Part shown: one piece after another, positions 14,151 through 27,606 of the stretch
Layout: every line of letters starts with the position of its first letter
Numbering within the stretch: position 1 is the first letter of the stretch
Assembly (NCBI RefSeq): GCF_000143415.4
Contig: NW_003314349.1
Location: 319,259 to 383,171, forward strand
Source of the DNA: Selaginella moellendorffii
Taxonomy: Eukaryota; Plantae; Lycopodiophyta
Length of the DNA: 63,913 nt
Direction of reading: 5' to 3'
Program-made: the position numbers and the translations under genes
The notes under the pieces: model-generated
What the model saw: only the letters and a program-made list of their open reading frames with translations
Told to the model about the DNA's origin: nothing
The model's database searches: none

Positions 14151-15237
14151 GCTGCATGTCCACACCACAACCGAATCAGTCAATGAAGTGCTACCAGTTG
14201 GGCCAGATTTAACAATGGGGGGATTTGCTGTCATGCAAAGGAAGATTACTTGGAAAGCTTGAAAGTTTCAAGAGAGCAACTACTTGGGGGTAAGCCTTTG
14301 TCAAATGACACCTGCCCTTGCTATTATAGAATACGCACCACTTGAAATGTACGAGGAAGAGAATTTTGCCAAACGCTTTGCCTGAACACGTAGCTCCATC
14401 TCTGCATCCTGCAAATAGCAGGCAGTCCTCACGTCCACAAAACTTCCGTAGACAATATCGTGTACAGCCGCCACTCAGACGACAAGCCATCCGAGCACGT
14501 AGTGGATTCCAGCTTGCTGGAGCTAGCTGGCTCCCTCAGATAGGCGTTGCAGATCATGGGAGATGGGTCGACGGGCCTCTTTGGGCCTTCCGGCAGAGAT
14601 CCAGACAGTTCTCGAGCGGCTGGCCGGAGAGGAGATTGAAAAAACAACGTTCTGGTGCTTACTGTCTGATATGCACAACAAAATAACAAAGGGACAGCTG
14701 AATAAGAAGTGCCCTCATCTTGCAAAATTTATGTGGAAGGACTCATTCCAGACCGGGCTCTTTGGCGAGATTTCAATCATGAATCAGAGTTCTACTAAAA
14801 AAAGTACAAGGCAAGACAAGTGGAACTCTCAAGCACATAAAGCCTGATGTTACTTATAGTTCATCTAGTTTCCATCCAATTATGAAAGTGATAAACAGCC
14901 TGTCCTATTCACACTTTTTTTGCTCATAAATAATCTAAAATTCCATGTGCATATTAAAGACAAAACATATTCTATTGTTAAAACAAAAGCTCATGCTTCT
15001 TGACGAGACCTTGTAAACAGTTGAATGAAGTTGTACCACTCTCAGAAGCCAAAGTCCTAGAGCTAGCACAATCTGCAAAAACTTCTTTGCCTCTCACCTT
15101 CATTGCCAAACATAGTAGACAACCTTTCTTTTCAAACTATCACAGGGGTTTAATTTTGAAGGCCCGATTTACCACAAACCCTAAAATACTATAACCCAAA
15201 ATGCATCAATTCAAACAAAAGTTTGAGCGGGAAAAAG

Positions 15238-16857
15238 TCAAGACCTCCTGGGGCATGGGATTGCCTGGAGAGGGACGAGCTTTGGCATGGCGAGCCCAAA
15301 TTTCTCCCTCATATCGATCTCTCCCACTTTCTCCCAATCGAATCCTTGCAGCAGCCTCGCCAGCACGCACTGCACCATCCGGAGTCCCATCCCCATCCCT
15401 GGGCAGATCCTCCGCCCGGATCCAAACGGGATGAGCTCGAAATTCTGGCCCCTCACATCCACACCCTTCTTCGCGCCCTCCTCGAATCGCTCCGGCCAGA
15501 AATCCAGCGCCCTCTCCCACGAATTGGCATCCCTGGAGATCGCGTAGACATTGACGAGCAGCCGAGCGCCCTGTGCGATCCGGTAACCGGCGCTCGACAC
15601 ACAGGGCATGGTGGATTCGTAGAGGATCACTGGCGATGGCGGATGCAATCGCAGCGTCTCCTTGACGATGGCGTGCAGGAAATTCAGCCCCGGGAGATCG
15701 CTCTCCTCCACAACCCTGTCGCGCCCCACCACGGCGTCGATCTCGCGCTGCGCCCGGCGCATTGCGGCGGGGTGCCGGAGGAGCTCCGCCATCGCCCATT
15801 CGCAGGTGACCCACGCGGTGTCGCTCCCGGCCCCGATCACATCCTGCGTGCCACGAAGGGAGCGAGGAATGAGCGTGGCAAAGAGCTAAGAACCCTAAAA
15901 TCCCCGAGAATTAGGGTTCTTGAGAAATACCTGGATGACGGCTTTAATGGTATCGTCGGTCAGCGCATTCTTCTCCTGCGATGCGAGGAGAACGTCCAGG
16001 AGATCCTCCACGCCGCCGGCGCCGGCGCCGCCACGCCATTGATACTGCCGCTTCCTGTCGATCAGCGACTGAAAGAACGCATCCTGGAGCGCGTGGAGCT
16101 TCCGGGCCCGGCGGCCATAGCCCTGGAGATCCATCCACCGCAAAGAGGGCAAGTAATCGCCCACATTGAGCGCGCCGATCATCTCCACCGCGTGCTCGAT
16201 CGTCTCCTTGACACGCCGCTCGAACCGCGAGAGCTGCTTCTTCTTCCCGCCGAATTCCTGGCTGGTGGCCATGCGCAGGATGCTGTAGAGCGTGATGTCG
16301 GACAGAACCGCGCGGAGATCCACGACGCTGGACGCTCTCGCCGCCTCCTCCACCGTCGCAAGCGCCGAGGAGATCTCCTCCTTGCGCACGCGCTCGAAGG
16401 AATCCACTCTCTTGCCACTGAAGAGCTCGAGGCTACAAACCTTGCGGAGATGGCGCCAGTGATCGCCGTAAGGCGCCCACATGATATCCGCGAAGTTGTA
16501 CGTGAGCTCGCGCGCCACTGCGTACCTGGGCCGCGATGCAAACACGAGATCGTGAGTGTGGAGGAATTCCCTCGCCGCCTCGGCGCTCGAGGCCACGAAA
16601 GTTGGAACGCAGCCCAGGCGCAAGAACATGAGAGGGCCGTGGCGCTTGGAGAGATCCAAGAGCGCTTGGTGTGGAGGGCGCCCCAGGAGCTGGTGGAGGT
16701 TTCCAATCACTGGCAGTGGACGCGGGCCGGGCGGCGTGTGATCTTGCTGGTGGCGATCATCACGGAAGAAGAGCTTTCCCAGAGTTTTCTTCCAGATCGC
16801 GACGAGGAGACTCCAGAGAAGGGAGAGCGCTGCGGTGGAGGAGGCTTGCGCGGCCAT
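15238..16857 (-). CDS. Cytochrome P450, CYP71 clan (A-type), 2 exons (16857-15931, 15843-15238), ~510 aa
   Basis: PPGPRPLPVIGNLHQL, WRHLRK, AGSDT (I-helix), ETLR, PERF and FGSGRRICPG heme motif. Phase-0 intron 15844-15930. Confidence 0.95.
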
Positions 16858-17330
16858 GCAAATGGATTGAAAGCTCGGAGGAAAGAAGAAGATAGCCTCG
16901 ATCGAACAGGGGAGAGAGCGCGATACCAGGATGGCGATCAAACTTACTGAAACATTTGACAGCCCTCTCTGAATGGATTGAAAGCTCAGAAGATATCGAT
17001 TCACAGGGGATAGAGCGCGCCCAAATTTTTACCAGGATCAAATCAAGCACAGGGAAAAAGATCAAACTTACTAGAGAAACGTTTTGACAGCCCTCTCTCA
17101 AGCCCTCTCTCAGCTCTTCCTGGAAGAGCTCTAGAACGTTTGAGAGCTCTCAAACCTTATCAAGTACTCCAAGACCTGACACGCTTGAAAGGAATGGACG
17201 ACAGATCTAGCATCGCATGTCAAAGAAACAAAAGAAGAGCGTCAGAACAATGTGTGTCACTGTGTGTGTATTTAACCACAGGGAAGCTTTAAAGAGCCCC
17301 CTTGCCAGGCGCCATAGAGTTTGCGCTTCA

Positions 17331-18576
<1,246 letters not shown>

Positions 18577-19683
18577 ACTTTCCTTTTCGCCCACACGAAC
18601 TTTACTTTCATAAGGTATGCCTGAATGAATGCAGACCTTTTTCATTATAAGGTTTTTTATAATGACAGATTAAAGTACATTAATTTATGATGGCAGTTTT
18701 TGGGGTTGGCCACAACAAAACATTATACAAACATATGTGTATAGCAAATAATTTGTGATAGTAGTTTTAGGGGGAGGCATACCTTGGGTGGTGGTTTGGC
18801 AAACTTGCAAAATATATATTAAAAAAAGACAAGTGTGCTTTAAATTATATAATATATATTTGTGAAATAATATTTTATACACAGCTTTTTTTTTATGCAT
18901 GAGCATGCATTGGTGCATGATATGTATGCATGCAAAATCCACTTTAGACATATGCAATTTTTTGTGTTGCATAAATTTCAACTCTATATCAATAAAGTTT
19001 GGACTTTGGGTTTAATGTTTTTCAATGCATGAGCTAAATTTTGAGTGTTTTATGGATGTCATAGGCTGAATTTGCCATTGCTGTGTATTTAAAACACTCT
19101 TTATGGTGAGTGTAAAGGAAAGCACTTTGTGAGTGAATTGGTTTTGGAACAAGTGAAATTTTGGCATAGGTGAGGATTAAATATAAAATAAAGAATCTTG
19201 CCTCCTTATTTGGAGTGGACTAGTGTACCTTGTATTAGTATCTCAAGATAATAGGTTGGGAAAGATTTTATCCCCTCAAGAGTGTTATTGCAATTAAAAC
19301 ACTTTTGGAAGTGCTTCTCCCCCACTACAAAAACTTGATAAGGTGGGGGATTATATATGTTAATAGCGATGTAATATATAGAGTGAGCCAAGAAGTGGTA
19401 AGAGCTACATTACGTCATGTTTGTCTGGAACAAATTTTACGAAGGAAATTGGAGTCAATTTTTCATGTGTGTTTCCATGTGGAGTCATCTATAGAGCTTT
19501 AATGTATTTAAAATAAGTTTCTCTTGCTATATTGAATTCATGGTTTTGTCGCAAACAACATATTACAAGCTAAAGTCTTGGGCTATCTATTATATAGAAT
19601 CATTATTGCCAGTAAGTGTTTAAAAAGTGTCTAAATAATACTACACTAGTTTATATGTTTATCAGTGTAGAGAGTTATTATAT

Positions 19684-19870
19684 TGTAAACTCTGAAATTT
19701 AAACTTCCCAAGAGGTCACCTAACATAGTACTATTCAAACCCAAAAATATTTAACCCCAAGTATCCCAAAACCTTTAATCAATTGATAAAGGTGGTGCAC
19801 TCTTATTTCTTTCTCTTTATTTTTAAATCCTATGGATAATTTCTCAAATCATTCTATTTGGTTGTTTACA
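19684..19870 (-). mobile_element. Second solo LTR of the 5S-bearing (Cassandra-like) family, more diverged
   Basis: TGTAAAC...GTTTACA termini, TSD TATAT (19679-19683, 19871-19875), colinear with 1020-1214. Confidence 0.8.
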
Positions 19871-20093
19871 TATATCACAAGTATATTTATGTTAAAGAAC
19901 ACTACCATAGGGTAATTTTACAATTTAGTTGACCAAAATGCATGCAAGGCAATTAGGCAAGAGTTCAATGGAATAAAGATGGATATAATGAATGTGTGGG
20001 AAGGCTATAATATAGTATTTTTGAATGGTTTCTCAATTCACAATTAGGTGAAAACTATGCCTTTTAATATAATATCCATGCCACTCTCACAAA

Positions 20094-20546
20094 GAGGCAT
20101 GGATATTGCTTTACACATATTTCAACAAAATTATTTTAACCAAAAGACCAAAGGGCAAGGTGGTGACAAGGTTTTATTTTACAACTTTTAACACATGTTC
20201 AATGTAGTATAGTCACACTTTTGACAAATGACAATGTTTATAGTAGAGGTGGCTTAGTATTTCAAAATGATGATTCTGACTATAGAGTGTCATCACCTGA
20301 TTAACATGAGGGATAACTGGCATGTTTATATCTTGCTTGAGGCCCTTTATGCCAAATTTACCCAACAGCTTCACAAACACATAAACATTTGAAATTTGTA
20401 TATAGTGCACACTCTAAAAAACAAGGCATGGATATTGCCTTACATATGTTTTAGTAAGATTATTTTAACTGAAAGACCAAAGGGCAAGATAGTGATAAGG
20501 TTTTATTTTACAACTTCTAATACATATTCGTAGTATAGTTACACCT
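20094..20546 (+). repeat. Pair of ~125-bp diverged direct repeats (20094-20219, 20423-20546)
   Basis: AGGCATGGATATTGC...AAAGACCAAAGGGCAAG...AAGGTTTTATTTTACAACTT occurs twice. Confidence 0.75.
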
Positions 20547-22486
20547 CTAACCTCAAAAGGCATTGTCAAACTAAACAATAACAAAAGTGTACCAAAATCG
20601 CTCCAGTCACTTGATGGTTTGTTTTTTTCCAAGAGTTAATAGGCCTCCACAATCACACATATGAAAGCAATGTGGAAGGCCTTGAGTTCAACCACCAAGT
20701 TATGATACACCTTTCACTCATGCTAAAAGTTGGACATTTCTTAGGCCATAATATATTATATAAAGAAAATAATATTAGTCTTTTGTATGTTATTATATTT
20801 ATCAAAATTGCTATCACATAAACTTTATAACTTATAAAATGTTTTTGCAAAAATCCCCACCTAGACTCTACCGAACAATATTTACTCTATTCAATACTAT
20901 GTTTTCCCCAAAACACTCTAACACTCATTGTATAAACCACTCAACACTCATCAAAGAGAGGCAATTGTTCTATTTTATATCTTAATTTGTGTGTAAATTA
21001 CTCTATATCACGATATTGGTCCCCAACCTTTAAACTTGAGGAGCAAGTTGCCACCTTGAAAAGGTGTGGCTCCACATCTATTGGTCGCAATGATTGGCCA
21101 TACTCATATTGAAAGACTTGGATAGTAATTTACTACCCAACACCAAGGAATTCCATCTCTGTTGCAAAGTGATAAAGCATGCTCAATTTCATGGTTGTCA
21201 TTAACATATTGCAGCCTTAAAGAATGCCCTCACCTCCATAAGAACCTCCCAGATGCAATCACACAACCACTCCTAATTGGTAAAATGTCTATCTCTACCA
21301 TCAAATGTCTCCAATAAATGTTTCAAATATATATTTGACAAGTTTGGGTTATTTCACATATCAAAATTTTGAGTCAAATACATTTGTAATATTTTATCAA
21401 AAGCATGAGAACCCATAAGAATAAAATTATTTATAGTCATGGGGACAATGAGATGATTCTATTGAGTTTTTGACCCCAAGGTCCTTTCTTCAAGAATAGA
21501 AGGGATAGAAGAGAAGAATCTAGGTCTCTGTCAAGCATGAGTGCAACAGTGTGGATCCTCCAATGGCATCTCCACAGCACACTCCCATAAAAAATCACAT
21601 AGACAGAGGTGCTCTGTCCTAATCTTTGGCATGATTGTTAGCTAGAGCGTTTCTCCTTGAGCAGCTCATCTAGCTCACCACACTATCATCAACATGTCCT
21701 TGGAAAATCACCACCTTTCCCATAAAAAGTTTATCTACCACCTCCACTTGTACCTTGATTTTGTATTTGGTACTTGTTGGGGAGAGTCTAGAGCAGTAGA
21801 GCCATCCTTGGAGCCACCAGGAAGAGTGCTCCTCATCCATTGTCTTGATCTGCACCCAATAATCAAGATGTATAGTAAATTTAAAAAGTAAGATTATTAG
21901 AATTCATCTTAGCCTTTAATTATGCTATAAATTCTATTCCCAACAATCAAAAGTAATATTCTGGGAATATTTTAAGCACTCCCAGTATTCTAACCTGCTT
22001 TATAGTGCATGTTTTCCTAATAGAAGAAAGTATGCAAGTTGACAATGCAATCAGTACACAAAAAAATTTATGGTTTGCTGATAAACTTGCTGGATTGATT
22101 TTATTGGTGTTTTTCAAGACTGAAGGCCCAGTGTCACAAGTCCTAGTGGCATCCCATTTTCCCTTATGCAGCATGCATGTTTGTAGGCCCTAAGTCCTAA
22201 TTAAGCTCCATAACTTGCTAGGCACCCATAAGGCTCATCTATGTTCCGCATAATTTAGAAAGCTAGAGTGAGCCAACAAGTTGACAATGCAGCAGATTTG
22301 AATATGGCAAATTTAAAATGGAGCAACTCCCATGCTTCTACCATCCAAGTAGCAGCAAGTTTTGTTATAAAGTTTTTGTTTATACCTTTACCACAAACAG
22401 TTGGATAATATATTATAAAGCAACATATCAGTGGATCTATATAATCCTGTGGTATGTGACATAAATTTATTATGAAATGCCTAATG

Positions 22487-25400
22487 TTTTGAACTTGATA
22501 TAAATATTGTATTACTTATGAGTTTTGGAATGGTGAATATGTACAATGGTGACATCCTTGGACTAAGACCAAGCAGAAGTAGCATGTAAAATATTTAAAA
22601 CACAATAGTAAAATAAAATATTATGGAGGATTTAGATATCTTAAATTCAAGATCAATCTCTAGAAAATCTGAGCACCACCAAGTTAGTCAAAATTACTAA
22701 TTATTAACATTAAAGGATTCTAGTCATGATCTTGTTCACTATAATTGTCAAGAAGCTTATCACATAAAAAGTTTAACACACAAATCCAAAAGTGACAAAT
22801 ATATATCATTAATATTTGAGACTTAGGAATCAAAATTAAAATAAAAGTGTGTTCTTTGATTGGTCCAAAATTTAATTGTACTTTGAATTAATTATATTCA
22901 GTCACAAGAAACCCATGCAGTTCTTAACTAATTATAAACATTCACTATGTATAGAGCATTCTCATCACAGTAAAATAATATACATAGCATAAGTATGTAT
23001 GATCATATTATTTAAAACCATTATGTATGTATGAAAAACATAGTATAAGATACCAACTTGAAGCATAAACTACCAATGCAAGATCAGCTACTCTTATGAA
23101 AATAATTTGATGTGCTATGCAGCAACATTTGGTTTTCTTTTGATTTTTATGAATTTATAATAAAAATAAAATTTTAATAAATATTTAAGAATAAAAATAT
23201 AAAGAGAATATTAAAAAGAAATAATGTGTTGATTGAAAAACTTTAATAGTAACCACCACTTGATTCAACAACCTTGCATTTCCATTTCGGGATTTTCCAT
23301 ATAGCCAAAAAAGAAATCTGGCTCAAGAGACCATATTGCGCTTCTCCATTCTTTAAAATATCTTCTTGACTTCCACATTAGGAGCAATGCCTCTTGCATC
23401 ATGTTAGTGATGATCAAGTGGGATAGCTCCTTGCCTAGGATAGTAAATTGAGTTTGCATCATGGAAATGGTGAAAAAATACAACACATAAACACTAACTC
23501 AAGCTTTAGGGAAGAATTCCATCGCTACCTATGAAGAACTCAAATAGCAGGGTGTGAGATTGAGCAAAAAGAGCATTTTTTACCAATGTTGACTATGGAC
23601 CCTTGAGCCATTAAAATCACTTCCAATTGCACACTTATGATTGGCGCCATCATGCCATTACCTAGATGAAGAAACAAAGCATAAGCTTCAGAGGTAGAAG
23701 AAGAGTGAGCTTGCCAAGCTGGATCCTAATGCTAATGTCACTACCAAGGTCATTGGATTGCACATACCATTCTCTTTAGCCTTACCCACTCTTCTCCATG
23801 GTGCTGCCAATGACAATTAGAAAGCTACTCAAATTTAATTTAAAATAATGGTCTGTAAGGCAGAATATTAACATTTAAATTTGATTAAAAACTTAGAGAA
23901 AATTTTAACCTAGATTGAGGATTATTCTATATCTGAAGTCCAAACGGCTTAGTTCTTAATGTTTTATGATACATAAAATATAAGAATATGTATAAAAAAA
24001 CATTAAGTACTAAGCTGTTACAATAATTCTGTATTATAGATTTGCATTTTCATAAAATTTTTGATATTTAAAATAAGTTATTAAAAGCCCAAATAACATT
24101 ATCATTGTAAGAAATGAAAAATAAATTTTATATTCTTATAGTTTCAAAACACAGCCAATACCTTTATTAAATGTCTTTGTTGGCCATAAGATCTCCTTTC
24201 CTCCATATATTAAGTTGCAATCAATATCTAATTATGTGAAGGTAGATTCATGGAGAAGTGAACTTTGAATAAAGGTAGAGAGAGTGTTTTGTTTTTAATC
24301 ATACTGTAACTTGAGTACAACTTCTATGATTATAGTTTATGCATAATAATTGATGATAGTTTTATCCAAAATAGCTAAGTGTGGTCTTGAATAATTTAAG
24401 ACTGGAGAGCTATGAATTTTAGTATTTAAATTTTGGTAATAATAATGTCATTATATTTTGATGCAATTCATATTAAATACAAGTTTAAGTATTTATTATA
24501 ATTTTATAAAAATATTAAATCAAATATATAGCCATTATATCTATAGGTTTAATATTAAATCTGAACCATTGATAAGAATATGTCTAAGAATATGTCTAAG
24601 AATAAATACACTCATGTCCAAACACAAATGTGATTTTTTATTTATAGAGATTAGAAACTGTGATGATAATAAATATTGATGTGGTATATTTTTGTAACCA
24701 CTTATTAAAGAAAAAAGCAAAAACATTACACTTACCAGTATTTTTTGGTGTGATACTTTCTTGTCTATGAATGTTGAAAATCATAATTAATTCTCCAAGT
24801 TATGTGGATTATAGTTTCTAAAAAATAAGTTGAAAGTAATTTTGACAAACATGAAAGTAAATTTCAAAAGCATAAATACAATCATAGCATAGAAGAGTAG
24901 AAGTTTAGAATTGAACATAATTATATTGAATGTTTTTAGTTTTAGTGGCTAATCACCTAATTTCTATTTTTAATAGATTTAAAAACTAGTAATTATCAAT
25001 TTATAGGAACAATCATTTATAATGATTGTTGGGTACATATAATTGTTGGGTTGGTTATATGATTCGTTACACAACCACTCTATAATTCATATATGGATGC
25101 CTCACTATCATACTATGCAAAAAGATTATACATCTCTTACTTTATTTCCAAAAAATATATATTGAAAGTAATAAACTTTACAATGGCAAAATAAACAAAT
25201 GGGGCCCCTCAATCTATGGTGATTGTTTCCACCTTCTCCTCTGATGGACACGTTGATCGTGCCGGATTTGCAACACCACTTTGCGGGGCTGGACGGGTCA
25301 GCCCAGATTCCAGTGTTTTGGTTTGCTTCAGCACCATCAGCGATAGCGTATGCTCGCTCTCCGACAATCTGTGCAAGACAATGCAGCAGTGGAGCATCAA

Positions 25401-25941
25401 TCTCCTCATCCTAGTGCTGTTTAGTAGTTTGGGATGCTCAATCCCCGGCTCAGTGAGGCCCAGAAATTCCAACTCTCCTGGGTGCTCGAGCAGCTCTTCC
25501 TCCAGCATTGCCTGGACGAGAGGCTGGAGTGCCCGGATCGCGGTTCCCGGATCTTCGTCAACTATCTCGTCGAGGTTCTCAAGCTAGCGACGACAGCGGT
25601 GGTTGGAGAGGGAGGAGATTTGGAGTCAGAGTCACAGTAGCAGCAGCACCACCAGTGAGAAGATCTCAAGGTCACCAGATTTCTCCTTTAATATTTATTT
25701 TGCCTCTTTATGTAAAGAGTTTAAGCTTCTTAATCTTCATAATTAATCATCTTGACTAGCTACATGGCACTCTTCCATGATGCTACTTGGATATCTAAAT
25801 CCTCCATAACAAGTGGAAGATATATTATATTTTACTATTGTATTTTAAATTTTTTACATGCTAGGTCTTAGTCTAACAATAGTCACCACTGTGCATATTC
25901 AACGCTCACAAGTAAAACAATTTTTATTTCAAGCTCAAAAA
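22487..25941. repeat. Diverged ~150-bp inverted repeat pair (22487-22640, 25790-25941)
   Basis: The reverse complement of 22487-22640 aligns, with indels, to GATATCTAAATCCTCCATAA...TTTACTATTG...GGTCTTAGTC...TCAAGCTCAAAA. Confidence 0.7.
25227..25670 (+). pseudogene. Inverted partial copy of the 26185-27126 gene, with many small deletions
   Basis: Peptides DLQHHFAGLDGSAQIPVFW, CFSTISDSVCSLSDNLCKTMQQWSINLL and MLNPRLSEAQKFQL occur in shifting frames and match the minus-strand ORF 26185-27126. Confidence 0.9.
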
Positions 25942-26184
25942 ATATATGGGGTGTCACCGACAAATACGCATGTATGTAATAATTGATTCAAATAAATTTT
26001 TAAATATATGCATGAATATATTTGGGATATTTTAAACAAATAAAAATGCAAACAATCACGGTTTGTGTCACTGTTCGTGTATACAGGAGCTAAAAATCTT
26101 TGTTTGACAATGTTTGCCTTTCCTAGTCCTCTCTCTCTCTCTCTGCAAGTTGGTAAAGTTGGATTGGATCCTACCTAGTGTGTG

Positions 26185-27126
26185 TCAAGATAGTCGATAC
26201 ACGTCCATGGGTGTGACGACGCTCCTCGTCTCCGGACTGATTGGAACTTGCGGCTTCGCTAACCATTTGTACAGCGCCGTGCCCCTGTAAAGAAACGCAT
26301 GATCGTCGCCACCGCTTCTAGAGCTGCTGCTCTGGATCACCGCCACCACGTCGAGGCTCACCTTGCCACTGGATTGGAGCAGCAATGGCTCCAGAGTGAT
26401 GGAGCAAACCGGCGACGCCATCAATCTCCGCTGCTCCTGGGCGATGGCCGACCCTACAAGATCTTCGTCCCTGTCCCTCGTGAGAGCGACGAGCACCGCC
26501 CTTCTCACCGACGCTGGCATCGCCGCTACGTACATGTGATCGATCCCAAACTCCTGGCAGAGAATTCTCGCGGCCTTGAGATCTTCTCGCTGCTGCTGCT
26601 GCTGTGACTCCGACTCCAAATCTCCTCCCTCCCCAGCCACTGCTGCCGTTGATCTGGAAGCTAGACCCTTGAGAACCTCGACGAGATACGTGACGAGGAT
26701 CCGGGAGCCGCGATCCGGGCACGCCAGCGCGATCAATCCCTTCATCAGCCTCTCGTCCAGCCAGTGCTGGAGGAAGAGCTGCTCGAGCGCCCGGGTGATG
26801 GCGGACAAGAGCTGGAATTGCTGGGCCTCGCTGAGCCGGGGATTGAGCATCACCATCCCGCTAAACAGCACCTGGACGAGCAGATTGATGCTCCACTGCC
26901 GCATTGTCTTGCACAGATTGTCGGAGAGAGAGCGCACGCTATCGCTGATGGTGCTGAAGCAAAGCTTCCCCAGCCAAAACACTGGAATCTGGGCTGACCC
27001 GTCCAGCACCGCAAAGTGGTGTTGCAAATCCACGCCCACCAGCGGTGCGATCACTGTGTCGATTGAGGAAAAGGCGACATTCCAGCACGCCCTGTAGTGT
27101 GAGTGTGATCCGGCATCCATATCCAC
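26185..27126 (-). CDS. Uncharacterised protein with C-terminal U-box-like motif; may have an upstream exon (~27170-27420)
   Basis: 313-codon GC-rich ORF. C-terminus CSITLEPL...HAFLYRGTALYKWL...PISPETR resembles the U-box pattern CPIT..Y.R.AI..WL..SP.TR. Confidence 0.7.
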   Translation of the reverse strand: MDMDAGSHSHYRACWNVAFSSIDTVIAPLVGVDLQHHFAVLDGSAQIPVFWLGKLCFSTISDSVRSLSDNLCKTMRQWSINLLVQVLFSGMVMLNPRLSEAQQFQLLSAITRALEQLFLQHWLDERLMKGLIALACPDRGSRILVTYLVEVLKGLASRSTAAVAGEGGDLESESQQQQQREDLKAARILCQEFGIDHMYVAAMPASVRRAVLVALTRDRDEDLVGSAIAQEQRRLMASPVCSITLEPLLLQSSGKVSLDVVAVIQSSSSRSGGDDHAFLYRGTALYKWLAKPQVPISPETRSVVTPMDVYRLS

Positions 27127-27606
27127 TCAAGAGAAAAGGAATATAAAAAGAGAGAGATAACCTAACCACCTATGGCCCCCTGGCGATTGCAACCATTTCT
27201 TCCCGGTGGCGATCCCATTGGCAGCGATTTCCCAGCGGCGCCGCGCTCATCGCCTCCGCTCCTCCTCCTCCACGCCGCCGCCGCGCCGCCACCTCTCCAT
27301 TCCAATGTGACCCCTTCGCTAGCCCTAGTCATTTGGATGAGAACAGAACCACGTGGCGCCGCCGCATTGGCCTGCGGCGTCAACACAACGCGTCCACTTT
27401 CCATTGGCCCGCCATAGATCAAATTTCTGCCTAGTGGCGGGAGCGCGCATCCAACGGCGGAGATTCAACTGGGCCCCGATTGGCGCGCGAAACAGTTGAC
27501 GGCGGGGATTGGATTAATGCCACAGATCCAACCGCTGTCGTTTGCCCTTCTTGTTCTTTGTTTGTCCTTCGTCCTCCTCTCGCCCTCTCTTTCGCCGCGC
27601 GCAACC

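Noticed and set aside
15223-16950. 575-aa plus-strand ORF
   Set aside because: Antisense shadow of the GC-rich P450; no motifs. The long antisense ORFs over the histidine kinase were rejected for the same reason.
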